A stretch of 64,000 nt of DNA from Eledone cirrhosa (GCA_964016885.1 OZ024740.1:363692001-363756000), one strand, 5' to 3'. Shown: positions 1 to 12,857, counted from the stretch's first letter. Numbers and translations: made by a program. Notes: generated by a model not told the origin, from the letters alone.

Positions 1-511
1 AGTTTTTTTTTCCTTTTCTCTTTTCTTTTTTATTACTTGTCTCACTCGCTTTTTTTGATGACCAACTGTAAGGAGTACTCGATACTTCCTCGAGTCTGTT
101 GTGGCTTACTAGCTCTATACGGATGTTTAAATTGAATTAATAAATATATATATATATGTATGTGTGTGTGCGTGTGTGTGTGTGTGTAAGCAAAAGGAAA
201 CTGAAATAACAAAGTAGACACAGTACAATGAAGAAATATATTAGTTTTACGCTTGATATAATAGGAGAAGTGTCTTAACATTTTGGACTAATCCTTAAAG
301 AAATGTGTATGTGTGTGTGTATGTGTGTGTGTGGTATAATAATTAGTAACTTTGATTTCTTGAGTCTGAGCTCCAGTCATAACAGCTAATATTCTAATAC
401 ACTCTCAATCGACCTATCAAATTCACTTTCTCTTGCATTAAACCAATCAACTTTCTTGATACATTACTACCACCTTAGCTTTGCTATCACTTAAGCTAAT
501 GCTATGAGATC

Positions 512-815
512 AACACCAACATTCCATTGTAGTGTGTAATTAAGGGACCTTCTATCACCAATGTTAATGCCGTGTTTAATCTTGCCTCAAACATGTTCAA
601 AGGGCAACATCATCATTCCTTGTTATAGTGTGTAATTGAGGGACACACTATCACCTATGGTGAGGTCATGAGTGTCTTGGTTTGCCTAAGAACATTTTGG
701 AAATATCAACATTCCCTGTTGTAGTGTACATCGAGGGACCAGCTTTCACCTGCAGTAGTGCCATAAGTATCTTGGCTTGCCTCAAACATGTTTAGAAGGC
801 TACACCAACATTCCA
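512..815. repeat. Diverged ~97-bp tandem repeat, 3 copies
   Basis: Recurring CAACATTCC..TAGTGT..GAGGGAC..TATCACC..TTGCCTCAAACA; a related inverted copy lies near 16140-16300. Confidence 0.7.
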
Positions 816-1778
816 TTTACTTTCTGATTCTTTTTTTATTGAATTTTTCCTTTTGCAAATGATAAACATTATACAATTTTATACGCACTATTCGCTTGTT
901 GAGTAAAACTTACATTTCCTCCATTTCGAAATTGTTTATAAAGAAATTGTTTTGTGTTGTCGCCATACACTGAAAAGGCTTTTAGCATCTGCAATTTGAA
1001 TTTATGTCTTGGCCAGTAAAAAGTACTACAGTCATCACTTGCAATTGAATATAATTTGGTAGAATGTACCATGCTTTTGCTAAGGGTTTTAGGTACCCAT
1101 GAACTTGCAAGCAGACACAGACATCCTCTCAGCTCTTCCTCCTGTGACCCTTTGGAACATCCAACAGCTGGAGAGAGAGAGAGAGGGGGGGGGCTGCACC
1201 AACATTGGGAAGGTACTTTCTTTATTGATCCTGAAACAATAAATGGTAAACTTGGCCTTAGAATGATTTAAACTCAGAATGCAGAGACCCAGTACAAATA
1301 TCCAATGTTCTAACAACTCTGCCAAATCAACTACCATTGATATATATTTTCAGATCAATATTTCAATGATTATTTTAACAGTGAAGGTGTGTGGCATAGG
1401 GTTTAAAAGGTTGGACTCACAATTAAAATATTGTGTTTGATTCCTGGACTTGGCACCATGCTACAATGTTGAGCAAGACATTTCATTTCAAATTGCTTTT
1501 CATGATAGGACTGATGCCCCCACCCCCCACCCCCATCACTAAAACATCCAAGAAACTTATAAGATACAACTTCTTAGGAGATCAAATAAACCTGTGAGCT
1601 GTTACAACAACAACATGATGTGACTGGGGCCCTTAAAATTAAAACACTCAAGAAACTTTCTATGAGAGGTAACCTTTTAGGAGGCCAGCTAAACCTGCAT
1701 AGTTGTGAGCTGCAAATTTAATTTTAATTTAATTTTCCTCTCATTTTAACAGGTTATAATTTGTCTTTCTTTTTTCAG

Positions 1779-2038
1779 CTAATGGTTTTTATATGAATTT
1801 ACCATCAAAAGCTGATCAAAAAGCTCATCTTCACAGTCCAGTCATCAAACCAGTTGCTGGACATCAAATGTGCCTCTCATTTTGGTATTATATGCATGGT
1901 CCAGATATTGAATCATTAAAGGTGTACATAAGTAAAACCAACTTGAAAGAGAAAACTGTACACTGGATGAGATCAGGCACCCAAGGAAATCAATGGAAAC
2001 AGGGAAAATTATTGATATTACAAACACAACCCTTTAAG
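1779..2038 (+). CDS. MAM gene exon 1 in window (MAM1 core; phase 1-0)
   Basis: tttcag|CT...AAG|gtaaat; NGFYMNL..LHSPVI..MCLSFWYYMHG..GTQGNQWKQG. Confidence 0.92.
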
Positions 2039-2318
2039 GTAAATATTCTACATATCCTAATGTGATTAACATGTTACTCGAGATTCTGGATTAATACCAA
2101 ACTGCCTGAAACAGGTTATGGTTCTATGATACAAAGCTGTGTACTTTAAAGTGTATTTATTCATTTAAAAACCTTCCACTATAATTTTATGCAAAAAACT
2201 TTAAGAAATGCTCAAGATCCAAAATAATAATAAGAAAATTAGTTGCTTTATTAAATCTCTCATTGATTTGAAAACCATTGACAATGTTTTCATTAGAAAA
2301 GGTTAATAATTAGATGGC

Positions 2319-3749
2319 TTGTAGGGGAGCAGTCAGCAAAGTTTAGGATTAGCAATGAGTATAGCGAGGAATTTAGCGTACAGGTTGGTGTCCACCAGGG
2401 CTCTGTTCTTAGCCCTCTCCTGTTCATCATAGTCCTGCAGCCAATAACGGAGGAGTTTAAGACCGTATTCCCATGGGAACTCCTGTATGCAGATGACCTC
2501 ACACTTATAGCTGAATCTATGGTAGAACTAGAGAAGAAATTACAAACTTGGAAGCAGGGACTAGAAAGAAAGGGTCTCAAAGTCAACATGATAAAGACTA
2601 AGGTCCTTGTAAGTAGACGAGAAAACAGAACCCAGATCCCCTCAGGGAAATGGCCTTGCTCAGTATGTAGGAAAGGTGTAGGTAGGAACTCCATTCTCTG
2701 CCCCAAATGCAAACAATGGGTACACAAGAGATGTAGCGGGATCTCAGGAAGCTTAATTAAGAATGTAGGCTTCACATGCAGCAGCTGTGCTGGGACAGCA
2801 AGCAGCAAACAGCCACAGGAAACAAGTACAACCAATCTCTGGGAGGACTCTGTAGAAACAGTAGACAGCTTCTGCTACCTAGGTGACCGAATTAGCAGCG
2901 GAGGTGGGTGTTCAGAAAGTACAATAACTAGGGTAAGAACGGGATGGAAGAAGTTTAGGGAACTACTACCACTGCTAGCTGCAAAAGGCTTCTCCCTCAA
3001 AATGAAAAGCAGACTGTATGATGCGTGTATCCGAACAGCAATGTTACATGGTAGTGAGACCTGGGCACTGAAGGTGGAAGACTTACGTAGATTAGAGAGA
3101 AACGAAGCTGGCATGCTCCGATGGTTCTGTAATAGTAATATACGCGACCGACAAAACATAAATGAATTGAGAGAGAGACTGAGCATAAGAGGAATCAAAT
3201 GCTGTGTGCAGGAGAGGCGGTTGCGTTGGTATGGACATGTGATGCATATGAAGGATGACAGCTACATAAAAAGGTGCAGAGGACTAGAAGTCGATGGAAA
3301 CCGCGGAGTGGGGAGACCCAAGATGACCTGGGATGAGGTGATAAAAGCCGACCTTACCCAATTACACCTCTCCAAGGCGATGACACACGACCGTGACCTC
3401 TGGCGTCACGCAGTAATGCAGAGTACCCGACCTCCCATGGGTACAAGTTGAAGCATATAGACAATATGCCCCCCCCCCCCCACTGCAAGGTGGTCGTGGA
3501 GGTGCCACGGCAAAAAAGCACCCAGCCCACACTGTAAAGTGGACGTGTAGGTGCCACGAAAAAGCAGCCAGCACTCACTGTAAATGAGGTTGGTGTTAGG
3601 AAGGGCATCCAGCTGTAAAAATCAAGCCAAATCAGGTCCTGTATGAGCAAGGCATGGTCAGCCGACCAGACACTGCCCACAACAGGACAACTCGTCTAAC
3701 CCATGCTAGTGTGGAAGAACGGACGTAAAACGGTGATGATGATGATGAT
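2319..3749 (+). mobile_element. 5'-truncated RTE-clade LINE (family A)
   Basis: RT motifs GVHQGSVLSPLLF and LLYADD, a C4HC3 finger, YLG and RRLRWYGHV; ORF 2519-3451; 3' UTR ends in (GAT)n. Confidence 0.92.
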
Positions 3750-4159
3750 ACAAATAACCAAGCAGAAAATACATACATTTAATGTGTGACTACATTTATT
3801 TTGCTTGTGAAATAAATATAAACAGTTTTATAGTTTATTTAATTATATGTAAGATGTAAGGATATAATATTCAGGCAAATATTTTGAAGGGATAAATCTG
3901 TCTCAAATATTCAAGAGTGAAATAGTATTGAATTTACAGTTCTGTTATGGACACTGTGATAAATTCTACCCAGTACTCTCTGTAAAGCAGTTGGCATTAG
4001 GAAGGACATCCAGCTATAGAAACCATGTTAAAATATGGAACATATGAAAGAGGACTCCGATGACACCATTCAATCCATGCTAGTATGGAAGGCGGATGTA
4101 AAATGATGATGATGATGACCCATTACTATGTTTATTCTTTTCTTCACCCACTTATTCCT

Positions 4160-4965
4160 GAGAATTTCATGGAGGCTGAATCCTCAAGCAGTCCTTCCTC
4201 AGGTCCTGTCAAAAGCACTCATTTCCAACTGATCCTGCTGGATCCCCAAGTGAGACCAGCCAAGCTCATGGATGTTATCCATCCATCTTGCTTGGGGTTT
4301 ACATCTGGGTCTCCTGCCAGTTGATTTTGCCCATAAAATCTGTCTAGCCATTCTGTCCTGAGACATTCTAACCACATGCCCATAGTATTGGAGCTGTGAT
4401 CTCTCAATTCAGAGAAATAGTGGCTCTACCTGGGGTGATTCTCTGATCTCCAAACTCTGCATTCTCTCGAGTAACATTACTCCAAAGACTCTTTGAAGGA
4501 ACCCCATTTTGGCCGCTTGTATTCACGATCATATTCTTTTGGTCATTACCCATGTTTCATAGCCATAGGTAAGGGTTAGCACGAATACCTAATTGAAGAT
4601 AGCAAGTTTGGATTTTACACCCACATTCCTTCTTCTGATTACTGAATGCTGAACCTGGCACATTACTGCACCAGCTCCTGCAATTTGTGCACTTAATTCA
4701 GCCTCCTACCTTCCATCACTTGTAAACACAGCCCCAAGATATTTGATATTCTCCATCTGCTTGCGGAAGTCCACTCACATGTAGGGTGCACTGCACAAGC
4801 TTTCTTGAGAGGCAGACCACCCCCTGACCTTGTAATAAGAAGTTCTCTTCCACACCTGCTATCAGGAATGCATCTGGGGTTATCCTCTCTTCAGAGAGAT
4901 GCATCCTCATGATGTTGAGAGAATACCTTGCTGATCTCCTAAACCTGATCAGTTTAGCATCATCA
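4160..4965 (-). mobile_element. Rex3/Expander-type RTE fragment with an internal deletion
   Basis: Reverse complement matches about 45650-45760 and 46590-47000, and 18420-19050. Confidence 0.7.
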
Positions 4966-5033
4966 GTATGTTTTTACTTTGAAATGCTTGTTCATTTCTT
5001 GTGACACTTAAAAGTTACATGTCTAAATTTCAG

Positions 5034-5118
5034 ATTTCATTTGAAGGAAAAGTGAAAAAGTCATCATCTGGTAATATTGGACTAGATGACATTCTTCTTA
5101 TTCATGGCAGCTGTAATG
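5034..5118 (+). CDS. MAM gene exon 2 (MAM1 C-terminus; phase 0-1)
   Basis: tttcag|ATT...AATG|gtaag; ISFEGKVKKSSSGNIGLDDILLIHGSCN. Confidence 0.92.
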
Positions 5119-5339
5119 GTAAGATTGAATTATATCCTCTTCTAGTTGGACCTTTATCACTTCCTCTCACTTTTCCTTGAAGAAATTAGCTATGTTCAGA
5201 CCTAGTGAGGGATGGGCTCTACCAGGTTTAAATGACTAATCCACAGCATTTTTACGACTCCAGACTTCATCAGTAGTTTAGGGTCCATACCATGGCATGC
5301 CATTTGTACATTGTTCATTGTTGATAAAGTAACAAAACC

Positions 5340-6230
5340 TTTTTAAAAGAGAGGATATTTGTTGAAACTGTTTATAAACTTTTGGCAGAATTTCTTTCTG
5401 AAGACTGAGAAAAATATAGAGAAACTTTTTGTGAGACTTTTTTGTGAAATGTTTTCGAAAACATTTTGAAATAATTTAAAAGAAACTTTGATAGAAAATA
5501 TTTTCAAATTTTGAATAATTTGGATTGAAATTTTTGAGAAACATTTAAAGAAAATTTATGATGAAATTTTCAATAAACATTTTCCTCAAAATTTTAAAAA
5601 TATATTCTTGAATATTTACCTTAAAATTTTATTAAAATATCTTCGAAAATTCTCACCGAAAATTCTCACAATGTTTTACACAAAATTTTCACAAAATTTT
5701 CATAAAGATTTTCCTAAATTGAGGAAAGAAATTTCACCAAAATTTTATTAAATATTCCCTCAAAATTATTTACATTTTAGCATAATTTTCTTAGAAGTTT
5801 TACTGAAACTTTTCTCGAAAGTTTTCTGAAATATATCATCTAAATTTTTCCTGAAAGACTTAATGAAAAATTTTCCTTGAAAGCGTTTTTCAAAAATTAT
5901 TCAAAACTTTCCTTAAAGTTTTTCAAAATTTTTGAAACATCTACATCGAAATTATCTTTCAAATATTTTCATCACTTTTGTTTTTTTTAGTTTCCTCAAA
6001 ATGTTTTCTCAAAATTTTCCTCAAATTTCTCAAAATCTTTCTGGGTATGAGTACAAGATAGTTTGACAATGAAACTTATCGATGGAGTCCCAACATTCCT
6101 GGAACTTTTTGAGCATTGGGATACATTTCTCAAAATTATTTGAAAAAATATTTTGAAAAAATTCATCAAAATTTTATAAATTTTTCAAAAATCCTTATTT
6201 CTTGAAAACTTTGTGAAAATTTTGAGCTCA
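5340..6230. repeat. AT-rich low-complexity array of degenerate AAAATTTTC/GAAAATTTT units
   Basis: Dense short A- and T-tract motifs whose orientation switches near 5570 and 6050. Confidence 0.6.
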
Positions 6231-6589
6231 CAATCATGCCTGCATCCCATTTATACTTTATATTATGTTAATTCATTCATTATCATGTTTTTAATAAAAG
6301 ACACTGCCTATTATTTTTTAATAATTTTGAAAATAATCAAGAATTCGAAGAATTGTAAGGATATAACTGACTTTCTCATTATTAAACTGATGTTTGGGAC
6401 ATAACTTAAAGGTTCTTTCCTAAAATTATGATGGAAGATTTTTAGATAAATATAAATAATTTAAAATGAATAATTTTCTGTCATAGAACCATGGGCAGTA
6501 TCAAGTGTTTTGATATCAAAAAAGTTAATGTACTTTTTGTGTTTGCTTTCTTTTACATTTCTGTTTTTTCGTTCTTCTGTCTTTTGCAG

Positions 6590-6775
6590 AACTTACAACT
6601 GAGAAACCTGATGTAGTTATTCCTCTTACACAGCGGAATTGTAATTTTGAAACTAATGACTTATGTGGTTTCTCAGTTCAAAATACTACAAACTTCCACT
6701 GGAGTCATCATTCTGGAAGTACAGATACAATAGGTACTGGGCCAACAAATGATCACACATTAAATTCAATATCAG
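6590..6775 (+). CDS. MAM gene exon 3 (short linker + MAM2 N-terminus; phase 1-1)
   Basis: ttgcag|AA...TCAG|gtaag; RNCNFETNDLCGF..W..GTGPTNDHT. Confidence 0.92.
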
Positions 6776-7192
6776 GTAAGATAGTTTGAGGAGATAACCG
6801 TGTAAACAATTCATCGCTTTGTTTAGTCACTCTCATTCATGGTTTCTATTTGAAATAGTTTTTACTATGTATTTATTCAATTTAGAGAAGGTGCATGGCC
6901 TATTGGTTAAGGTGTTGGAATCTTGATCATAAAACTGTATTTTTCATTCCTCGACTTGGTTTGTGTTTGTTGAATTTTTTACCAAAATTCTTCATTTCAT
7001 ATTGGTTTACATAATAGGAATGGACCCCTCTATTATTAAAACACTTGAGAAACATCTCATAGGAAGCTAACTAAACAGACATAGGTGTCAAAAGTAACTT
7101 GAAATTATTGAACGTATGACTGAAATAGCAATTACATTTTGGAAGACTCCTTTTCTCCTTTTTAAACACACACAAAATCTGTTAAATTGACT

Positions 7193-7270
7193 CTTCTTCT
7201 TCTTCTTCTTCTTCTTCTTCTTCTTCTTCTTCTTCTTCTTCTTCTTCTTCTTCTTCTTCTTCTTCTTCTT
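7193..7270. repeat. (TTC)n microsatellite
   Basis: Perfect trinucleotide run. Confidence 0.97.
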
Positions 7271-7334
7271 TCTCCTTTCTTTGCATTCTATCAAGTAACA
7301 TTACTCAAAAGCCTTAAATAAAAAAGGTATTCAT

Positions 7335-7830
7335 TAGCTGACTTATGTCTTCCAGGCTGCATGAATCTCTGGAAAGGCACATAAGCAATGGTAATCAGGA
7401 GTGAAAATCCCAATTTTCAAAAAGGAGGACAAGAGAGATTGCTCCAGTTATAGATGGATCTCTTTGTTAAGCCTTCCTGATAAAGTCTATGCTAAGTGTC
7501 TGGCAAAGAGATGTAGGGGAATTGTTGAGTTCAAGCTAGTTGATGAATAGTATGATTTTTGCCCTGGATGCAGCACAGCCAACCAAATATTCACACAGAA
7601 ATCATGGGAGTACTGTCAAGAGGTGTATGCTTGCTTAAAGGCATATGCTCACATATCATGGGACCTGCTGTGTAAGGTTCTGCTGGCGTATGGGATTGAT
7701 AGAGAGCTTCTAGTTGTCCTGATGTCTCTATATGAATGCCCTAGTATTTGTGTTTGGATAAATGGTGCTAAATCAAAACCATTCCATGTGGGTGTCAGAT
7801 TCTGCTAAGAGTGTGTATTGTAACGACTCC
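7335..7830 (+). mobile_element. Rex3/Expander-type RT fragment
   Basis: PIFKKEDKRDCSSYRWISLLSLPDKVYAK.. and KAY..W..LLAYGI..SKPFHVGV; similar to 45940-46390. Confidence 0.72.
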
Positions 7831-8249
7831 TATCCACTTTACATTTATCATTTAATTTTTGGAATCAAAACTTTCGTGCAACTCTCAATAAAGATGTCAC
7901 AAAAAGTGGGATGGAAATTTTAGCACCAAAAATAAATTTATAGTAAATTTAATAGAATTTGAATGGCTAAAATGACTCTTCCACGATGTAACTGCTTTAG
8001 TCTCAGATTAAGTCGCGCAGCCAAAATTATAACTCCAAAATTTTGAAGGATTGAAATAGTTGATTGGATAAGATTTTCTGATTTATCTTAGCCACTAAAC
8101 ATATTTATTAATTTCAATAAATAAAAAATAATATTTAAATGAAACGGAAAAAAAAAGAAAGGGAAAGAAGAAAAAAAAAGAAGAATTAAGCAATGAAAGA
8201 ATTGGAGAGGGGAAGGAGGGACAGGCTTTACACCCTACTCTGAGCAGGG

Positions 8250-8960
8250 ATTCAGCTGTGTTCAACACACAATATGGTGAAGGCATTGCCATGGAGAATG
8301 ACCAGTGACACCAACTACAACTTCGACTCAACTGCATGGGGTTCCTTTCTCAGGTGGGCTGCTGTGTTTCCAAATTTGTAGAAGAAATCAGCAGTGCAAG
8401 GATGGAGGACAACAGAGATTTCAATGGCAACTGGTACAAAAAGGAAGTGGTTGGTCAAGCCCTGATATTTGTCTATCTTCCTATCCTTTGCAATGTGGGA
8501 AGTGGTGCATAGGTTTGTAACTGAAGCAACAAGGATGGTGGCATAGAATGGTGTCATACCAGATCGCACCCCAGATGATTTAGCTCCCTCAAATGCGAAG
8601 TGGGTTATTCCATTGGGGCACTTACCATCATCATGGTCAAGGCCAGTTGGCTCAAGTTCTGGCTGAAAGCAAGCAACATCGAGATTCTTCATGATGATGT
8701 CATTCTAAGCAGTATGTTGGGGAAACCAGTCAGCACTAAGTGGGTATGGGAGTGGGTGTAGGCTGATCTTGTCAACAACAGCCCTACAATGGCATTTGTG
8801 TGGCTCGCACATGTGAAAGCTGAGATGCAGGGTTAGACCAATGTGAGTGCATTCATCATCAAGAAGGGTGCAGGTTGATGTAGAGGGCACTGAATTGGTT
8901 GTGAGCCAGAGTGGAGGCATGCAAGATGGTTTTGGTCCAAGGAAGATTGTTCTGTGTTAT
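8250..8960 (-). mobile_element. CRE-like non-LTR retrotransposon 3' fragment (zinc knuckle + restriction-like endonuclease), decayed
   Basis: C-H-C..VD...H.L motif, then EPTGLDHDDGKCPNG (consensus EPxGL..DGKRPDG) and KIDKY..FLFVPVAIE. Confidence 0.75.
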
Positions 8961-9665
8961 CGCCACTATAAAAATGTATTAATACAATTTCATATAGAAT
9001 CATATGACTTCATTCTGATTTCAAACATTTTTAGAAATTTAGTGACCTTAGGTAGTTTGTAGAGTCTTTTGAGATGTTTTTCTTTTGATGGGAATTCAGA
9101 ACGTTTGTTTCATAAAATACTCTAATCGATATTAACTCTTAACATTCAGTAAGGATTTAGCAGAAAATATCTTTAAAAAAAGAGGTTTGTTAATTCAAAT
9201 GATTACAGTATATTTACTCTGGGACAGGTGTAGCAAATTTGCTTTTTTTCTCCCAGGGAAATGATGGTTTTAAAGATAAAGATTATATAAAGAAATGTAA
9301 TTGAATAAAAAATAACAATTATTTTATGAAAATTAAATTTGATTGGCTTGCAGCCTATCTCCTGAGAAATAAATACAAAACAGCTTGTTTTAAAATGTAT
9401 ATTAAAACTTCAGCAGTCTCAGATGGGTTGTTATCAAAAGAGTTAATAATGAGAAATGTAGATATACTGTTAAATCCATCCAATTTTTTGATTATTTAAA
9501 ACGTTATTTGAAAGCAGTGTTTTTCACTATAAATATGGTAATGAAAGGGTTAAAATGAACAGCTTGGTATTGTAGAAGCAGGGGCAGTTTCATTTGGTTT
9601 GAATTGAGAAGTGTCAACTTAATGCAATCATTACTTATTAACTGCTTTCTTCTTATCTTTGAAAG

Positions 9666-9817
9666 GTCATTATATGTATGTAAGTGCAATGGAAGGAACA
9701 TTGACAGCAACTTCATCTCTTATAAGTCCACTTTACCAAGATACTGACAGCGTTTGTCTTCAGTTTTATTACCATATGTATGGAGATGGAATTGGTACCT
9801 TGGATATCTATACACAG
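9666..9817 (+). CDS. MAM gene exon 4 (MAM2; phase 1-0)
   Basis: gaaag|GT...CAG|gttagt; GHYMYVSA..LISPLY..VCLQFYYHMYGDGIGTL. Confidence 0.92.
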
Positions 9818-11441
9818 GTTAGTTACACACTTTTATATTTTAGCTTGTACTGTTACTTATATCGTTCTTCCCTCAGGATGGTTTCAGCCAGCTTCCTCCA
9901 TATCATAAACAAAACTCACCCATGCATAGCAATCACAGGTGTCTAACACAACTATTGTCAGCTAGTCACAGTTGCAACAGTGGTCACCTTATATAGTTCA
10001 AGATCCATCTTGATTGTGCCAACTATACACATTGTCATTTATGTTATTATGGGTGGCAGGGTATGTAATAAACTGAGTAGGAGTTGTTTGAGGCAATCAA
10101 TTTGATAGCAACGATGAATTTTGGAGTTTGGCACACTTTTATACTTTATCAGTATACAACAATTCTCTCTGTGGGTCCTAACTCCCAATGGAGTTGTAGG
10201 AAAACAATTGTTATATATGGAGTTTGAACAGAGTTCATTTCTTCCAGAAAAAATAGACTTAGAAAATGGAAGAATTAATCTCTGTACTGAACTGGTACTT
10301 TATTTATTGACCCCCTATATGATGAAAAGCAAAGATAACCTAGGCAAGATTTGAACTACGAGTACAGGGAGTTGGAACAAATGCTGCAAAACATTTTAGC
10401 CAATGTTCTAAAGGCTCTGCCAATTTGCTGCCATACAACAAATACACAAGTTAAAATGAAATTGCAAGGAAAATATATTCTAGATATATAAACTGTATCA
10501 TCATCATTATCATCATTATCATCATCATTTAACATCTGTTCATCCATGCTAACATGGGTTGGAAAGGTCATCACAGACGAAATCAGTACTTAATTGGCGT
10601 TACTGACTTCCAGTACTTTATAGAGTGTACTGTTTGCATTTTAGTCTGGCACCAGCACTAGAGAGGTCGTCATATGCTTAGCCAGACTGGAGAGCTATCT
10701 CTGCTCAATATTGTCTCTGTTCGATTGTCAACCATTCTACAGATTGAACCAGGTGCACTCCATCATAGGATTAAGTTTATCATATCATATAATAGATTGT
10801 CCTTTGTTTGTATCAAGTACATTATATTGCTTTTGACAAAGTTCTCAAAAGTAAGAGACTGTATAAAATATATATAATATTTACAAATTATCCTTCAGCT
10901 ATCAATTTCATATATACAAAGAAATAGAGTCATATATGTAGGCATATACAATATTTATATATAATAAACAAACCTATTCTTGTTGTGAGTATTTTAAGCT
11001 GTGATCAGCTACCTCTATAACCATATGACAATGTCAAATACATGCATTTTGAGATTGTTAATCCATTATCAGTGATGCTTAGTTACCCAGTTAAGGAAGC
11101 TAATGCCTTTTATTTATAGATCTTATAAATAATATATTTTTGATGATAGCTTATTTCCGTACAGTCTGAGTTTGATGATTAATTATTTAGCAGTAGCATA
11201 ATATATTATTAATTAGCAGTAGAACTAACAGGCATATATGCTACCATATACATCTCTATTCTGAAATGAAATATATATACATATGTATTAGAATTGGTTC
11301 TCTGAAATAGCGATGTATACATGAATGTATATATAGTATATTTGGCAATATACCGTATGTTTAATTAAAAACATTTAGAAGATCATACGCTATCAGTTTT
11401 AAAGTAGTGACTATGTCACTTACTTGTTTTCGGCAAAAGAA

Positions 11442-11502
11442 GGGAGAGAAGCTGACAGTCTGTTTCACACTGGTTCGCGTTCATCAGAGCCATGTACTCC
11501 CC
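11442..11502 (-). ncRNA. Type I minimal hammerhead ribozyme motif (family H1, intact)
   Basis: Minus strand reads GGGGAGUACAU-GGCU-CUGAUGA-ACGC-GAACCA-GUGU-GAAA-CAG-A-CUG-UC-AGCU-UCUCUCCC: full core, stems I, II and III, GUC triplet. Confidence 0.8.
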
Positions 11503-11885
11503 TGCTTTCACCAAAAATTTTAGAAGCTGGATTCTTATAGAATTCCAGTAATAATCAGGAGCTGATTATGCAGAGCGATTGCCAGTCCGTGGCTCTGATG
11601 AATGCCAACCAGTGTGAAACAGACTGTCTCCCTTATTTCGCTGAAAAGAAATAAGTGACATAGCCACTACTTTAAAACCGATAGCGTATGGTCTTCTAAA
11701 TGTTTTAATTAAACATACGATATATTGCCAATATATTACACAAACATTCATGTATACATCGCTATTTCAGAGCACCAATCTTAATACCTAATTTTTGCTG
11801 GACCGGCAATTTCTCTGCATAATCAGCTTCTGATTATTACTGGAATTCTATAAGCATCCAACTTCTATAATTTTTGTCGAAAGCA

Positions 11886-11947
11886 GGGGAGTACATGGCT
11901 CTGATGAACCCAAACCAGCGTGAAACAGACTGTCAGCTTCTATCCCT
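11886..11947 (+). ncRNA. Type I hammerhead motif (family H1; C-C mismatch in stem II)
   Basis: GGCU-CUGAUGA-ACCC-AAACCA-GCGU-GAAA-CAGACUG-UC-AGCU. A further copy 306 nt upstream (11591-11632) lacks the 3' arm of stem I. Confidence 0.72.
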
Positions 11948-12857
11948 TCTTTCGCCGGAAAGAAGTAAGTGACATAGTCACTACTTTAAAACTGATAGCG
12001 TATGGTCTTCTAAATGTTTTTAATTAAACATACGGTATATTGCCAAATATATTACACAAATATTCATATATATATATATAAATATGAAAGTGTATCTTCG
12101 TGGTTAGAGAGTTGGATGTGAGTTTCATTCTTGGACTGAGTGATGTGTTGTTTCCTTGAGTAAGACACTTTATTTCACATTGCTCTACTTTATTCAGCTG
12201 TAGAAATGAGTTGCATCATAACTGGTGCCAAACTGTATTGGCCTTTGCCTTTCCTTTGAATGATATTGGTGGTGTGGAGAGAGGAAGCTAGTATGCATGG
12301 GCGACTTGTGGTCTTCCACAAAAACACCTTGCCTAGGGTTGTTCCTTGGAGGGGAAGTTTCTAGGTACAAATCCCATGGTCATTCATGACCGAAGAGGGT
12401 TTTATATATATCTTGTTTACACTCTTAATTTTCGATTATTTTTCTTTACTTGGACTACCTTTATTTTTGTATCTCCTATGTGATCCTGTCTCTAATTTTG
12501 TACCACTGAAGAAAGGCTAAAGCCCAGCACGTCCAACTTTCTTTCCCCTTTTCCATATAAAACATGAAACTAATAAGACGTTTTGTACCTCTGTTTGTTG
12601 TCTCCTTGAACTTTATATATATATATATATTTATATATATATAGAGAGAGAGATATGTGTATCCCGAGTTCAATCAGGGGTAGCCACAGTAAGTAAGGTA
12701 CTCAATACAGAGTAGAGTATAGAATATTTTATATAGAAATGGCTTCTACAGGACTAGAACTGTTTCATTCGAAGGAAATCATCAGGAAAGCTTTCCTATG
12801 AAGCCGTTTCTATATTAAACAATATATATATATGTTATATAAATCTATCTTTCACAG

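Larger units (their letters stand above)
11285..12068. mobile_element. Hammerhead-bearing non-coding element (retrozyme or Penelope pLTR-like): one inverted unit plus ~1.5 tandem units of ~310 nt
   Basis: 11285-11589 is the reverse complement of the unit repeated at 11590-12068. Each unit carries a hammerhead; flanks are TA-rich. Confidence 0.72.

Noticed and set aside
512-815. Repeat-spacer-like periodicity suggesting CRISPR
   Set aside because: The whole ~97-bp unit is a diverged repeat with no unique spacers, in eukaryotic intron context.
2293-3680. Minus-strand ORFs overlapping the RTE (similar cases at 26343-26990, 29187-29630 and 32490-32990)
   Set aside because: Antisense shadows of LINE coding sequence with no independent motifs.
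5225-5285. Minus-strand CUGAUGA hammerhead-like hit
   Set aside because: No GAAA and no convincing stems.
7088-7294. Poly-Lys ORF
   Set aside because: It is the reverse complement of the (TTC)n microsatellite.
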